DNA of 64,000 bases from Kiritimatiellia bacterium (lineage in GTDB: Bacteria > Verrucomicrobiota > Kiritimatiellia > RFP12 > JBMNHG01), in contig JBMNHG010000002.1 in the NCBI GenBank assembly GCA_050950285.1, positions 62,001 to 126,000 of the forward strand, read 5' to 3'. The position numbers and the translations under genes are program-made. Below are positions 1 to 10,360 of this stretch, piece by piece. Position 1 is the first letter of the stretch. Every line of letters starts with the position of its first letter. The notes below the pieces were generated by a model, which worked only from the letters and a program-made list of their open reading frames with translations, was not told where the DNA came from and ran no database searches.

Positions 1-816
1 TTCGTCGAGCACGCGGCCGACCTGCGCGTCGAGAAGCGAGATTTCGCCGAGGTAGCGGGCGACGGTGGGCGCCCACTCTTCCCACGGGCGTCCGTCCAGC
101 TTCCACGAGAGGAGTTGCTGCCGCTGGATGGCGGGCTTGTTTTCGAGCGGGTCGCCGAAGCTTCCCCACGGCGGGATCCGGGCGGGATCGAAGCGGGATG
201 CGTAGGGCTCGGGCACGACGTTGGGGAGGTGCGGTTCGACGGGGTCCCAGCGGAGGAGGAAGGGACGCGACGGATCGGCGGCGCGGGCGCGCAGGCGCTC
301 GATGACGGCGTCGGCCACCCAGGCGAGGCGCGACTGTCCGGGACGAATGGCTTCGTCGGTCTCGCCGAACCAGCGGTTCCGGAGGGGGCGTGGGGGAAGG
401 CCCTGCGCGGCGCGCCATGCGCCGTACCCCGCGTCCGGGAAGAAGGTGTCGAAGGCATACGCGGGATGGAGGGGATCGCGGTCGGACCGGTCGTGCCACT
501 GGCCCAGGAAATCGAGCGCATACCCGGCGTCGTGAAGGGCGCGCGACCAGGTGGGGAGTTCGTCGTCCGGGGGGCGCGGTGCTTCGGTGCCTTGGTTCGC
601 AAGGCACAGGTGGCGGCTGGGCCAGCATCCATGGAGGAGCGAATTGCGTTCCGGCACGCAGATGGGGGATGGCGTAAAGGCGCGCGTGAAATTCATGCCC
701 TCGGCGGCGAGGCGGTCGAGGTTCGGGGTGATGGGCAAAGGGTGTCCGTTCGCGCCCACGCAGTCGAAGCGATGCTGGTCGGCGTGGATGAAAAGGATGT
801 TCGGACGGTCGGGCAT
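1..816 (-). CDS. Sulfatase (formylglycine-dependent), runs off the left edge
   Basis: Hand translation from ATG at 816: MPDRPNILFIHADQHRFDCVG...TPNLDRLAAEGMNFTRAFTPSPICVPER, with the CxPxR sulfatase motif. Not in the ORF track because the stop is outside the window. Confidence 0.9.
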   Translation of the reverse strand, partial: MPDRPNILFIHADQHRFDCVGANGHPLPITPNLDRLAAEGMNFTRAFTPSPICVPERNSLLHGCWPSRHLCLANQGTEAPRPPDDELPTWSRALHDAGYALDFLGQWHDRSDRDPLHPAYAFDTFFPDAGYGAWRAAQGLPPRPLRNRWFGETDEAIRPGQSRLAWVADAVIERLRARAADPSRPFLLRWDPVEPHLPNVVPEPYASRFDPARIPPWGSFGDPLENKPAIQRQQLLSWKLDGRPWEEWAPTVARYLGEISLLDAQVGRVLDE

Positions 817-853
817 GGGAAGGCCTGCTTTCGCCGGGGTCGTTCCGGAATCC

Positions 854-1279
854 CTACGGGGCGCCGATGTTCCGCGGGGAGGAGCGGATGTTCGGGCGGC
901 GCACCGGTTCGGACCGTCGTTCGAGTTCCGGTCCGCCGGAGGCGTCGGGATCCGGCACGAAGGCGTCCGCATGGCGGGGCGATTCGAAGACGGCGCGGGA
1001 ATAGCCCTGGCTTTGGACGGCCTCCACGAGGCTGCGCATCATGCGGTCGGAAATCTCGCCCTGGGTCTTGAAGACGATGGGGGTGTCCGGCGTGGCGCCC
1101 GCCTTCTTCAGGCGGGCGGGGAGGTCGTTCATCACCACAGGCTCGCCCTCCAGCGTGATGCGCCCGTTGCTGGAGACGTACACATAGAGGACTTCGCCCG
1201 GACGCAGGCGGGTGCCGAGGCATCCCGTGGCGGCGAAACACAGCGCGAGGAGCGCGAGGCACGGCCAATGGAATCGCAT
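854..1279 (-). CDS. ExbD/TolR-like periplasmic-domain lipoprotein
   Basis: Hydrophobic N-terminus with ATGC lipobox; VYVSSNGRITLEGEPV...L...PIVFK...LVEAVQSQGYSRAVF resembles the ExbD/TolR periplasmic domain. Confidence 0.6.
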   Translation of the reverse strand: MRFHWPCLALLALCFAATGCLGTRLRPGEVLYVYVSSNGRITLEGEPVVMNDLPARLKKAGATPDTPIVFKTQGEISDRMMRSLVEAVQSQGYSRAVFESPRHADAFVPDPDASGGPELERRSEPVRRPNIRSSPRNIGAP

Positions 1280-1298
1280 GGTGTCTCCCTGGATCGGT

Positions 1299-2108
1299 TT
1301 ACAGGCTCAATTCACGGCTGCGGCGTGCCGCGGCGCGGATGGTCCGCCCGAGGACTTCGGCGAGATCGGACTCGGACATCACGTCGAGGCCCGCGGCGGT
1401 GGTGCCCTTGGGCGAGGCCACCGCCTGGATGAAGGCGGCGGGATCCTGCCCGGTTTCGAGCAGATAGCGGGCGGTGCCAAACATCGTCTGGAGGGCGAGC
1501 AGGCGGGCGGCGTCCTCGGGCAGTCCCTCCGCGACGGCGGAGGAGGCCATGTCCATCATCACCTTCGCAAAGAAGGCGGGGCCGGAACCGCTCAGTGCGG
1601 TCACCGCGTCGAAGCACGATTCCTCCAGGCGCACCACGCGACCCGAGCAGCCGAGCAGCCGCTCCGCGGCGGCGCAATCCGTCTCCGTGGCCCGCGCACC
1701 GGGGCAGTAGGCGCACATGCCGGCGCCCACCTGCACCGGCAGGTTGGGCATCACGCGCACGAGGCGCGATCGGGGGGCGAGGGCTTCGAGCCATTCCAGC
1801 CGCTTGCCGGCGGCGATGGAAAAGACGAGGTGCTCCGACGTGAGCAAGGGCGACACCGTACGCAGCAGGGCTTCGAGGTCCTGCGGCTTCACGGCGAGCA
1901 CGAGCGTGTTGCACCGTGCGGCGACAAACGCCGGATCGGCCGTGGTTTCGATGCCGTACCGCGCGGCGAGATCCGCGCGGCGCGCCTCCGCCACGTCGCA
2001 GGCGAAAACGGAGGCGGGAGCGGCGACGCCCCCGCGCAGCGCACCGGCCATCAGGGCTTCGCCCATCTTGCCGGCTCCGAGGAATCCGAGGCTGTCGAAG
2101 GCGTCCAT
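1299..2108 (-). CDS. proC: Pyrroline-5-carboxylate reductase
   Basis: GFLGAGKMG, LAVKPQ, RVMPN, TALSGSGPAF and VASPKGTT motifs. Confidence 0.96.
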   Translation of the reverse strand: MDAFDSLGFLGAGKMGEALMAGALRGGVAAPASVFACDVAEARRADLAARYGIETTADPAFVAARCNTLVLAVKPQDLEALLRTVSPLLTSEHLVFSIAAGKRLEWLEALAPRSRLVRVMPNLPVQVGAGMCAYCPGARATETDCAAAERLLGCSGRVVRLEESCFDAVTALSGSGPAFFAKVMMDMASSAVAEGLPEDAARLLALQTMFGTARYLLETGQDPAAFIQAVASPKGTTAAGLDVMSESDLAEVLGRTIRAAARRSRELSL

Positions 2109-2596
2109 CAGGCGTATCCTTGCCGTTCCAGGAGGGAGCGAAGCTGGGTCTGGAATTCACGGAGGTCCTCGTCGCTGGGACGATACCCTTCCTTCGAGGG
2201 CTGGAAGACGACACGTCCCATCTGGTCGATGCCCCAGCGCGCGGTAACGCCGTCGGGGAAGCTTGCCGAACCGCTCACCAGCATGCCAGGCAGGACCAGG
2301 CGGTCCATCTCCACGCTCACGGCGCCGCCGAGACCGTCGGGAGCAACCTCCTCGCCCATGAACCCTGCATCCTGCGCATCGCTGCCGATGGAGCCGGACG
2401 CGGCGTCGTGGGCGGGAGCCGCGGGCTCCGGCTTGTCCTGGATGGCGGCCCCGAGATCGAGCGCCATCAATCGGACGTCCATGAACGTCATGCGGACGCC
2501 GAACTCCTCCTGAAGACGTTGCTGTACCTCGGAGAGTCCTGCGCCGGCGGCAATCCATTCGCGAACCGCCTGTTGTTGAGAATCCGTCAATTCCAT
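2108..2596 (-). CDS. Conserved hypothetical protein
   Basis: GGAGG RBS upstream of ATG 2596; stop overlaps proC start; plausible composition. Confidence 0.75.
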   Translation of the reverse strand: MELTDSQQQAVREWIAAGAGLSEVQQRLQEEFGVRMTFMDVRLMALDLGAAIQDKPEPAAPAHDAASGSIGSDAQDAGFMGEEVAPDGLGGAVSVEMDRLVLPGMLVSGSASFPDGVTARWGIDQMGRVVFQPSKEGYRPSDEDLREFQTQLRSLLERQGYA

Positions 2597-2701
2597 GCTG
2601 AAAACCTCCAAAATAGAATGGAACCATCATCCCACATGCGCACCCTTCAAACAAGCACGAATCCTGACGGGCCGCGGATGCGCAGATGCGCACGCGGTCG
2701 C

Positions 2702-3883
2702 TCACAGGGCACGATAGGCGTCCAGCATCCGCCGGGCGACGTCTTCCGCGCGATAACGCCCCAGCACGAAACGCCGCCCGTTTCCGCCAATCTCCGCACG
2801 CTCTTCGTCCGAAAGGGTCATCGCAGCGTAGAGGGCGTCCGCGATGGCGGAAGCATCGACATCCACCCACCACCCGCAACGCGGGCGGACGGGCGAAGGC
2901 TCGAGTTCGGACCACGGCGCGCCTTTCGTGCAGATGACGGGCACGCCGCAGGCAAGGGCCTCGCCCGCCACAAGGCCGAAGTTTTCGGATCGACTGGGCA
3001 AGACGAAAAGATCGGCGCTCCGGAGAAGGCACCACTTCCCCTCGCCCCGAACCGGCGGGAGGAACTCGACGCCTCCCGCGCCGCGGCCATCCAACGATTT
3101 CGCCGTTGCTTCGAGCGTCGCGCGCACCCCCTGTTCGTCGGGGCCACAAATCACCAGGCGCCACCCCGGAAGCGCGGGGAGCCTTCCCCAGGCCTCGAGC
3201 AGCAAATCCAGTCCCTTGAGCGGATGGAGGCGCCCCAGCGAGAGCACCGTCCGTGGGGTGGCATGCGGCGTCGCGGATGCGGCAGGCGCGTCCATGCCGG
3301 TCTCCTCCGGCGGGAAGGAGATCGCGTTGGGGACAACGGCGACCGGCGTGGAGGCCCTGCGGCCACGATGCGACGCCATCTGCGCAAAATAGGCGTCGAT
3401 CCACTCGCGCTCGAGGTCCGATGTGGCATGGAGAAGGTTCGCGGTACGCAGGTTGTGGCGGTCGAACAGCCATCCCGCAATCCATTTCTTCCAAGCGGAA
3501 TGCTCCAGTCGCACGGGATCCAGGCAGCCGCGCGGCGACAGCACGAGCTTCTTCCTGGATCGACGCGCAAGGTGGCAGGCGTAGGCCACCGGGAAGGTCC
3601 ACATCGAATGGACGTGCACAAGGTCCGCATCGCGCACCCGATCGGGAAGATGCCGGAGCATCGCGGCGGAGAAGAAGAGCGCACGCGGCCCCGTCGCGGG
3701 GAAGCATGCCACGTGCACGCCGCCCTCATGCGCCGCGCGGGCTGCGCTGGAAAGGCGCTCCTCCACGCCGAGGGTCGCGATCGACACGTCGGCGCCAAGA
3801 CCGTGCTGCGCCAGCGCCAGCGTCGGGACGGACTCGGCGAGTCCGCCCTCTTCGAGCCCGGCGACGACATGCAGGATTTTCAT
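2702..3883 (-). CDS. Glycosyltransferase family 4 (GT-B)
   Basis: MKILHVVAG start; LGRLHPLKGLDLL; FVLPSRSENFGLVAGEALACGVPVI. Confidence 0.93.
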   Translation of the reverse strand: MKILHVVAGLEEGGLAESVPTLALAQHGLGADVSIATLGVEERLSSAARAAHEGGVHVACFPATGPRALFFSAAMLRHLPDRVRDADLVHVHSMWTFPVAYACHLARRSRKKLVLSPRGCLDPVRLEHSAWKKWIAGWLFDRHNLRTANLLHATSDLEREWIDAYFAQMASHRGRRASTPVAVVPNAISFPPEETGMDAPAASATPHATPRTVLSLGRLHPLKGLDLLLEAWGRLPALPGWRLVICGPDEQGVRATLEATAKSLDGRGAGGVEFLPPVRGEGKWCLLRSADLFVLPSRSENFGLVAGEALACGVPVICTKGAPWSELEPSPVRPRCGWWVDVDASAIADALYAAMTLSDEERAEIGGNGRRFVLGRYRAEDVARRMLDAYRAL

Positions 3884-4701
3884 GGCGTGAAACAGCGGCT
3901 CCACGGTTTTCCGGCAAAGCGCAGGGTGTCCCATCCCCCGCGAAGCAGGGCGCCGTCGAGCAGGCGCCAGAGGCGTTGCAACGCGACGCCCGACGCGGTC
4001 GCGCGCAACCCGTGCTTGTCGCCGATCCGGCGGAACTCCTCCATTTCCGCGGCACGCCGTTTTTCGTCGCCGCCCTGCGTCTTGGAGGCTTCGTGGCGAC
4101 GGAACGCCCACCCGTACCGCCTCAGCCGGCGATGGCGCGCCCCGGCGCGAAGGAAGGCGAGCCACAGGTCGTGGTCCATGGCGTAGGCGAGCGAAACATC
4201 GATTCCGCCGGCCCGCCGGTAAAGTTCGCGCGTGAAGAAGGACGACGGCCCGTACGCATGGGGCATGGCGCGGCGATAGAGGAAATCGTGCCACCTCTCG
4301 CCTTGGATGCAGCGGAGCACGCGTCCCTCCGAATCGATGTACGCCTGGTTCGCGACAATCCACTCGGGCGCGTCCGACCGGATGGCGCGGCGCGCCGCGT
4401 CCAGCATGCCCGGAAGCAGGATGTCGTCCGCATTGAGCCACGAAAGGTAACGCCCGGAGGCATGGGAAAAGCCCTTGGCAAGGGCATCGGACTGCCCGGC
4501 GTCCGGCTCGGAGCACCACCAGGCGAGTTGAGGGGCGTAGCGTTGCAGGAGTTCCGCGGAGCCGTCCCGGCTTCCCCCGTCCACCACCAGAATCTCGAGG
4601 TCGGACGCCTTCTGCGCCAGGAGCGAATCCAGGGCCTGCGGCAGGAAACGCCCCGGATTCAACGACGGGACGACGATCGAGAACAGAGGGGGTGCGGTCA
4701 T
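3880..4701 (-). CDS. Glycosyltransferase family 2
   Basis: FSIVVPSLN, VVDGGSRDGS, SEPDAGQSDA, WLNADD. Confidence 0.93.
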   Translation of the reverse strand: MTAPPLFSIVVPSLNPGRFLPQALDSLLAQKASDLEILVVDGGSRDGSAELLQRYAPQLAWWCSEPDAGQSDALAKGFSHASGRYLSWLNADDILLPGMLDAARRAIRSDAPEWIVANQAYIDSEGRVLRCIQGERWHDFLYRRAMPHAYGPSSFFTRELYRRAGGIDVSLAYAMDHDLWLAFLRAGARHRRLRRYGWAFRRHEASKTQGGDEKRRAAEMEEFRRIGDKHGLRATASGVALQRLWRLLDGALLRGGWDTLRFAGKPWSRCFTP

Positions 4702-4705
4702 GGCA

Positions 4706-5392
4706 TCACGGTGCATCGCCAGAGGCCGGAGCTCTTTTGGGAAGGTCCCGGAAGACCTTGAAGACCAGGTCGCTCTCCGGGAACACCACGACCCATGCGG
4801 TGAGGAAGACGAGGAGGCAATCCGTCCACAAGCCCACATGGTCCAGATACCACATCTCCAGGGCGCCCTTGTATGGAGCGATCTCCTTCGCGTAGCACTC
4901 GTCCGGCGGGAGCTTCGAATTCGTGATGAGGGTCTCCTCGTCGCGGAAGACAATGGATCCGATTCCCGTGAGGCCCGGCCTCACCGAATAGATGCGCGCC
5001 TTGACCTCCGGCGGATAGGGATCGAAGGTCTTGTCGACCAGCGGCCGCGGGCCGACAATCGACATGTCGCCCACGAAGATGTTGAAAAGCTGCGGAAGCT
5101 CGTTGATCTTCGTCTTTCGCAGGAAGCGCCCGAAGGGAAGCACGCGCGGGTCTCCCTTGGTCGTATGGAGGCCCCCCTCCATGTTGGGGGAATCGAGCAG
5201 CATCGTCGCGAACTTCCAGATCTTGAAACGCGCGTTGCGGTAGCCGATGCGGGTCTGTCCATAGAAGATGTAGTGCTCGCCGGTACACAGCAGCACGATC
5301 ATCACCGGCACGAGGAGGGGGGAGAGCGCCAGGATGGCCATCCCGGAGAAAAAAATGTCCAGCAGGCGTTTGAGCGGAAGGTACGGTTTCAT
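4706..5392 (-). CDS. Priming sugar transferase (Bac_transf, undecaprenyl-phosphate sugar phosphotransferase)
   Basis: KRLLDI, FKIWKFATM, GRFLRKTKINELPQLFNIFVGDMSIVGPRP, RPGLTG. Confidence 0.93.
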   Translation of the reverse strand: MKPYLPLKRLLDIFFSGMAILALSPLLVPVMIVLLCTGEHYIFYGQTRIGYRNARFKIWKFATMLLDSPNMEGGLHTTKGDPRVLPFGRFLRKTKINELPQLFNIFVGDMSIVGPRPLVDKTFDPYPPEVKARIYSVRPGLTGIGSIVFRDEETLITNSKLPPDECYAKEIAPYKGALEMWYLDHVGLWTDCLLVFLTAWVVVFPESDLVFKVFRDLPKRAPASGDAP

Positions 5393-6264
5393 GGTTGTAT
5401 CACCCGGAAGCTCTCGAGCGTGGCGCGCATGCCGTCCTCCGCCGCGACGGGCATCGACGTCCAGCCCAGCGCCGACTTCAAGGCGGCGTTGTCCACGAAG
5501 CTGTCTTCGGTGAGCTTGCCGAGGCGTTCGGAGTCGAGCGGCAGGCGCAGGATGTCGCCGGCGCGGGCGCAGAAGCGCATGAGGCCTTTGGGAAGCCGCC
5601 AGAGCCGCGGCTTGCGCCCGCACGTCTCGGCGATGAGTTCGATGAGGCGGTTCGTGGAGATCATCGTGTCGTCGGCGATGGGATAGACGCCATTCTCGCC
5701 CCGTTCGCACAGGGCTTCGACGGCCGCGCAGAGGTTCCCGACGGAGGTGAACGAACGCTGGTTCTCGAAGGCGGCGAGGGGCCAGGGGATTCCACGCCGT
5801 GCGACGCCCCAGAGCAGGTTGAGGTTCCCTTTGTTTCCGGGGCCGTGGATCATCGCCGGACGGAGCACGATGGCGCGGCCGTCGAGAAATCGCTCCGCGG
5901 CAAGCTTCGATCGGCCGTATGGCGTGTCGGCGTCGGCGGCTTTGGAGGAGGAAAAGTAGACGAAGCGCTTCGCCTTCCCCTCGCAGGCGCGGAAGATTTT
6001 CTCCGTGAGGCCCACGTTGACGTCGAAGTAGCTTTGGGGATCGGCCGTCTTCTTCACATCGTGTGCCTTGCCCGCCAGGTGGACGACGGCGTCGCAGGGC
6101 GGCAGGGAGCCGAGGTCGTCCCAGGAGAAGAAGGCCGCGTACGGGAGGTCGTCGCGGCGCGCCGCGGGGAGATCCAGCGCGTCGCACGTGTGGCCTTTTC
6201 CGGCGAGGTAGCGGCAGAGGTTCGTCCCAACGAAGCCGAAGGCGCCTGTCAGCAGCAATTTCAT
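5389..6264 (-). CDS. NAD-dependent epimerase/dehydratase
   Basis: TGAFGFVG, VVHLAGKAH, YGRSK (YxxxK). Confidence 0.92.
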   Translation of the reverse strand: MKLLLTGAFGFVGTNLCRYLAGKGHTCDALDLPAARRDDLPYAAFFSWDDLGSLPPCDAVVHLAGKAHDVKKTADPQSYFDVNVGLTEKIFRACEGKAKRFVYFSSSKAADADTPYGRSKLAAERFLDGRAIVLRPAMIHGPGNKGNLNLLWGVARRGIPWPLAAFENQRSFTSVGNLCAAVEALCERGENGVYPIADDTMISTNRLIELIAETCGRKPRLWRLPKGLMRFCARAGDILRLPLDSERLGKLTEDSFVDNAALKSALGWTSMPVAAEDGMRATLESFRVIQP

Positions 6265-6294
6265 GCGTCGATTCCGTTCCGTGCGGTCTTCCGG

Positions 6295-7530
6295 TCACAT
6301 GCGCCCGTCGAGCGACTTCCCCTTCTCGATGTGCCGGAAGTCCGGAAGGTACTCCTTCAGCACGTCGACGATGTCGGCCTTGCCGGTGTCGGGGCGGGAA
6401 AAGGCGGAACGCAAATCCGCGAAGATGGACTCCAGTTCCGCGATGGAGCGTCTCTCCGCATTTTTCACCGCGCCGAGGCGGAGAAAGGTGGTCTCGTCCC
6501 TTTCGTCGGCATCGGTGTAGAACTCTTCGAAGGTCTTTTCGCCGCTCGTGTCGCTTCCGAAGAATTCGCAGGGATAAGGGCCGAAGCGCCCGGCGGCGGC
6601 CTCGGCGGACCAGTGCGCCATCGCCGCTTTGGCCTCCGCGCTCGACGTGCAGTCCAGGCAGCCGAATCCGAGGCCGTCGAGGAGGTCGCGCACCACGGCG
6701 TCGAAGGGGATCATGTCGTTCGACGGGTCGAGGCGCGGATAGACGATGTCGCCGCTTTCCGCCATCACGGCGGCGAAGAGGCAGAGTTCGCCGGACTCGA
6801 CCGGACTCACGAAGAATCGACGGATGCCGAGGGGGCACGAAAGGGGCTGGCGTTTGGCGAGGCGATTCAGCCAGCCGATCGGCAGCGAGCCGTTGGAGAA
6901 GGCCACGTTCGCGAAGCGTGCCGTCTTGATGGGAATCCGCCCGGAGTACGCCAGGATGGTCTCTTCCATCAGCTTCTTCGTGGCGCCCATCACGTTCACG
7001 GGATTGGCCGCCTTGTCGGTCGACACGCAGAAGAAGGCCTCCGGCGGGCTGCCGAGGAGCAAGTCGAGCAGCTTCTTGGCCATGAAGACGTTCGTTTCGC
7101 ACATCGCCTCGATGGAATAGATGTCGCGTTCGGCGCGCACGTGCTTCCGGGCGGCGAAGTTGGCCACGATGTCGAAGGGGCCTCTCGCGCGGAAAAAGCG
7201 CGCGAAGAGATCCGATCCCAGATCGATCGGTTCGGTGACGTACTCTTCCGGAACGGCGAAAGCGTCGTCCGCCCGCAACTCGCGGGTGAGTTCGGTGAGG
7301 GCGTTCTCGTCGATGTCGACGACGGTCATCGACGCCGGCGCAAACCCGCGCAGGGCGGCTTTGACGAAGTTGGAGCCGATGGTCCCGGCTCCGCCGATCA
7401 CCAGCATGCGCTTCCCGTCGATGCGCCGATGCATCTCCGCGCCGTCGCGGGCGAAATCCTCCGCCAGCAGGCTTTCCGGCCGCTTCGTCATGCGGGTTCG
7501 GATGAATTCCTCGACGTCGAAATCAAGCAT
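6295..7530 (-). CDS. Polysaccharide biosynthesis protein (UDP-GlcNAc 4,6-dehydratase-like, Polysacc_synt_2)
   Basis: GGAGTIGS, FAARKHVR, VSTDKAANPVNVMGATK, RFANVAFSNGS. Confidence 0.9.
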   Translation of the reverse strand: MLDFDVEEFIRTRMTKRPESLLAEDFARDGAEMHRRIDGKRMLVIGGAGTIGSNFVKAALRGFAPASMTVVDIDENALTELTRELRADDAFAVPEEYVTEPIDLGSDLFARFFRARGPFDIVANFAARKHVRAERDIYSIEAMCETNVFMAKKLLDLLLGSPPEAFFCVSTDKAANPVNVMGATKKLMEETILAYSGRIPIKTARFANVAFSNGSLPIGWLNRLAKRQPLSCPLGIRRFFVSPVESGELCLFAAVMAESGDIVYPRLDPSNDMIPFDAVVRDLLDGLGFGCLDCTSSAEAKAAMAHWSAEAAAGRFGPYPCEFFGSDTSGEKTFEEFYTDADERDETTFLRLGAVKNAERRSIAELESIFADLRSAFSRPDTGKADIVDVLKEYLPDFRHIEKGKSLDGRM

Positions 7531-8305
7531 GGTCTCTCCTCAGCCTCGGAAGAATGAACTCCCAGATTTTGATCGCGTACTTGGGCAGCAGCATCGGGAA
7601 AATGCAAAAATAGCCGTTGGCCCGGTTCCCCTTCACGATCTCCTCGTTCAGTTTCCGGCGGGCCTCGACGTCGCGGGTGGAGACGCCTCCCGTGCGCATC
7701 ACCGTCGTGCAGACGGGCATCCAGCGCGCCTTCATGCGGTGGACGCGGAAATAGCGGATGATCAACTCGTAGTCCGCCGCAATCCGATACTCCCGGCGAT
7801 CCGGCTCGTAGCCGCCCCATCGCCCGAAGCAGTCGCGTCGGATGTACAGCCCGGGGTGTGGCGGCATGTAGCCCCACTGGAGCATCCAGGGCCTCCAGAA
7901 GCGCACGAAGCACCGGCGATGGGAGCGTCCGCCCAGTTCCTTCACAAATCGCACGCTGCCGTAGAGACACTCGAGCTCGGGATCGGCGGCACGCTCCCAC
8001 TCGGCGGCGATGCGCGCGAGCACATCCGTCCCGTCCAGCACGTCGTCCGCGTTGAGAATCCCGACAACGTCCCCCGTGGCCATGCGGATGCCCTTGTTGA
8101 GGGCGTCGTACAAGCCCCGGTCCGGCTCGGACACCCAGCGGATGCCCGGATCATACTCCCGGAGAATCTCCACGGTCCCGTCGGTGGACGCTCCGTCCAC
8201 GACGATATGCTCCACCTCGGCGCCCTTCTGAGCCTTCACGCTCTCGAGGGCGTCTCGAATGGTCTCCGCCGAATTCTTGCAGGCGGTGATGATGGAGAAT
8301 TTCAT
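7523..8305 (-). CDS. Glycosyltransferase family 2 (WcaE-like)
   Basis: MKFSIIT, VDGASTDGT, SEPDRGLYDALNKG, LNADD. Confidence 0.92.
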   Translation of the reverse strand: MKFSIITACKNSAETIRDALESVKAQKGAEVEHIVVDGASTDGTVEILREYDPGIRWVSEPDRGLYDALNKGIRMATGDVVGILNADDVLDGTDVLARIAAEWERAADPELECLYGSVRFVKELGGRSHRRCFVRFWRPWMLQWGYMPPHPGLYIRRDCFGRWGGYEPDRREYRIAADYELIIRYFRVHRMKARWMPVCTTVMRTGGVSTRDVEARRKLNEEIVKGNRANGYFCIFPMLLPKYAIKIWEFILPRLRRDHA

Positions 8306-8339
8306 GGGCGTCAATCCTAGCAGACTCCCCCATCCCGCC

Positions 8340-9128
8340 TCAACGGAAGAGTCGATAGCCCCAATATCCGACCCATTCCTTCATGAAGATTCCATTCTTG
8401 AAAGAGGAGTCCGGACTGGGGAAGAAATCGCGGAGGGAAAGCGGGCCGCTACGCGAGAGCAGCGTCTCGTAGTCCGCCGCCGCAGGCACCACCTCGAGCT
8501 CCGGCGCATACCGCTCGAACATCAGAAGCGACCGCTTCATGTGCCAGGAGGAGGTCACCAGCAAAATCTTCGGGCGGGCGGCAGGCGGCTCGTCCCCGTC
8601 CATCAGCAAATCGCGGACGAACCGCGCATTCTCCTCCGTGTTCCGCGCCTTGTCCTCGATCCGCACGGCATCGGCCGGCACGCCCAGATCGACCAGCAAC
8701 GGGAGGGTCGCGGTCCGATCGTTGGTGCCCGATGCGACCACCGTCGGCGCCTTGCCGGCCTTGTAGAGGCGGGCGGCATGCCAAACGCGGTCTGCCGCCG
8801 ACGACATCTCCGCATACGGGGAGACGTTCGTGTTCGACGCCATGCCGCCGCCCAGCACCACGATGGCGTCCGCCTGCGGAAGCGCTTCCACCGGCTGTGG
8901 CGGGAAGCCCCTCTCCAGCCGCAACCCGATCAGCCGCTCGAACGCCGGGGTCGATCCCGCCCACAGCCAGCAGGCCGCGAGCAGGCCGAGCCCTATCGCC
9001 CAGCGCCGCGCGCGACGCCCCTTCCCGCACTCGAACCGTGCGACCACAAGGCAGGACGCCACGATCAGAAGGACGCCGACGAACTCTTTGCCGATCAGAA
9101 AACCTACAAGCTTGTTGAGATGGTACAT
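8340..9128 (-). CDS. YdcF/ElyC (DUF218) family membrane protein
   Basis: AIVVLGGG, ARNTEENA, LLVTSSWHMKRS, KEWVG; two N-terminal TM segments. Confidence 0.88.
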   Translation of the reverse strand: MYHLNKLVGFLIGKEFVGVLLIVASCLVVARFECGKGRRARRWAIGLGLLAACWLWAGSTPAFERLIGLRLERGFPPQPVEALPQADAIVVLGGGMASNTNVSPYAEMSSAADRVWHAARLYKAGKAPTVVASGTNDRTATLPLLVDLGVPADAVRIEDKARNTEENARFVRDLLMDGDEPPAARPKILLVTSSWHMKRSLLMFERYAPELEVVPAAADYETLLSRSGPLSLRDFFPSPDSSFKNGIFMKEWVGYWGYRLFR

Positions 9129-9326
9129 GGAAAACACATCGCCTTGCGTTTGGCGTCCGATGATACACCGGATTCACCGATGCTGGCAATTCGAAGTCCC
9201 GCCCGTTCCGGATCCGCCGGCGAAGAACGGCTTGTTTCCTGCTTGGAGAAGCCGTATGCTTCCATTGGGCATCGCCCTTTCCACGCACCCTCCCCCATCC
9301 ACAACCCCCAACAGGAGAATCCACCC

Positions 9327-10289
9327 ATGCGCAAGCCACTCGTCGCGACCACCCTGGCGCTCGCTCTCGCCGCCGGCGGCCTCTTCGCCGCCGAAACCGT
9401 CAAGATCGGCGTTTCCATCCCCACCGCAGACCACGGCTGGACCGGCGGCATCGTCTCCTGGGCGAAAACGGCCATCGAGGATTGGAAGCAGAAGGACCCC
9501 GACATCGAATTCTACCTCGTTACCGCCGAATCCTCCGCCAAGCAGGTCTCGGACATCGAAGACCTCATGAGCAAGGGCATCCAGGCGCTGGTCGTGCTCG
9601 CCCACGAATCCGCCCCCCTTACGCCCATCGTCGAGAAGGTCGCCGAAAAGGGCATCTTCGTGGTGTCCGTGGACCGCGGCCTCACCAAGCCCGTCGAAGA
9701 CGTCTACATCGCCGGCGACAACCCCGGCCTCGGACGCGTCTCCGCCGAATGGCTCGCCGGGAAACTCGAAGGCAAGGGCGACATCGTCGTGCTCGAAGGG
9801 ACGCCCTGCGTCATCAACACCGAACGCGTGGAGGCCTTCATGGAGGTCATGCGGAAGTTCCCCGGCATCAGGGTGCTCGACTCGCAACCCACCGACTGGC
9901 AGACCGCGAAGGGGCTCGCCGTGATGGAGAACTACCTCCAGAAGCACCGGAAGATCGACGCCGTGTGGGCGCAGGACGACGACGTCCTCAAGGGCGTCCT
10001 CCAGGCCTATCGCGAGTCCGGCCGCAAGGACATTCGCTTCTTCCTCGGCGGCGCCGGCTCGAAGGAGATGATCAAGAAGGTCATGGACGGCGACCCGCTC
10101 GTCCAGGCCGACGTGACCTACCCGCCCTCGATGATTGCGTCCGGCATCAGCCTGGCCGTGAAGGCGATGCGCGGCGAGCCGCTCGACGGCTTCTACCAGA
10201 AGAAGATTCCCTCCCGCATCATCCTGGCGGCCGAGCTCGTCACCCCCGAGAACGCCAAGGACTACTACTTCCCCGAATCGAACTACTAG
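9327..10289 (+). CDS. Sugar ABC transporter substrate-binding protein (RbsB-like)
   Basis: AGGAG RBS; signal peptide; KIGVSIP, Q..DIEDL, VSVDRG, IAGDN, ER..AF, VWAQDD. No permease or ATPase genes adjacent. Confidence 0.9.
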   Translation: MRKPLVATTLALALAAGGLFAAETVKIGVSIPTADHGWTGGIVSWAKTAIEDWKQKDPDIEFYLVTAESSAKQVSDIEDLMSKGIQALVVLAHESAPLTPIVEKVAEKGIFVVSVDRGLTKPVEDVYIAGDNPGLGRVSAEWLAGKLEGKGDIVVLEGTPCVINTERVEAFMEVMRKFPGIRVLDSQPTDWQTAKGLAVMENYLQKHRKIDAVWAQDDDVLKGVLQAYRESGRKDIRFFLGGAGSKEMIKKVMDGDPLVQADVTYPPSMIASGISLAVKAMRGEPLDGFYQKKIPSRIILAAELVTPENAKDYYFPESNY

Positions 10290-10306
10290 GCGGTTCCGGT
10301 CCGCCG

Positions 10307-10339
10307 CGGCGCGCCGCGAAAAAAACGGCGCGCCGTTTT
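10307..10339 (+). terminator. Putative intrinsic terminator
   Basis: CGGCGCGCCG-9 nt loop-CGGCGCGCCG (self-complementary arms) followed by TTTT, 18 nt after the SBP stop. Confidence 0.5.
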
Positions 10340-10360
10340 CCTGCCTTCGAAGCGCGATCG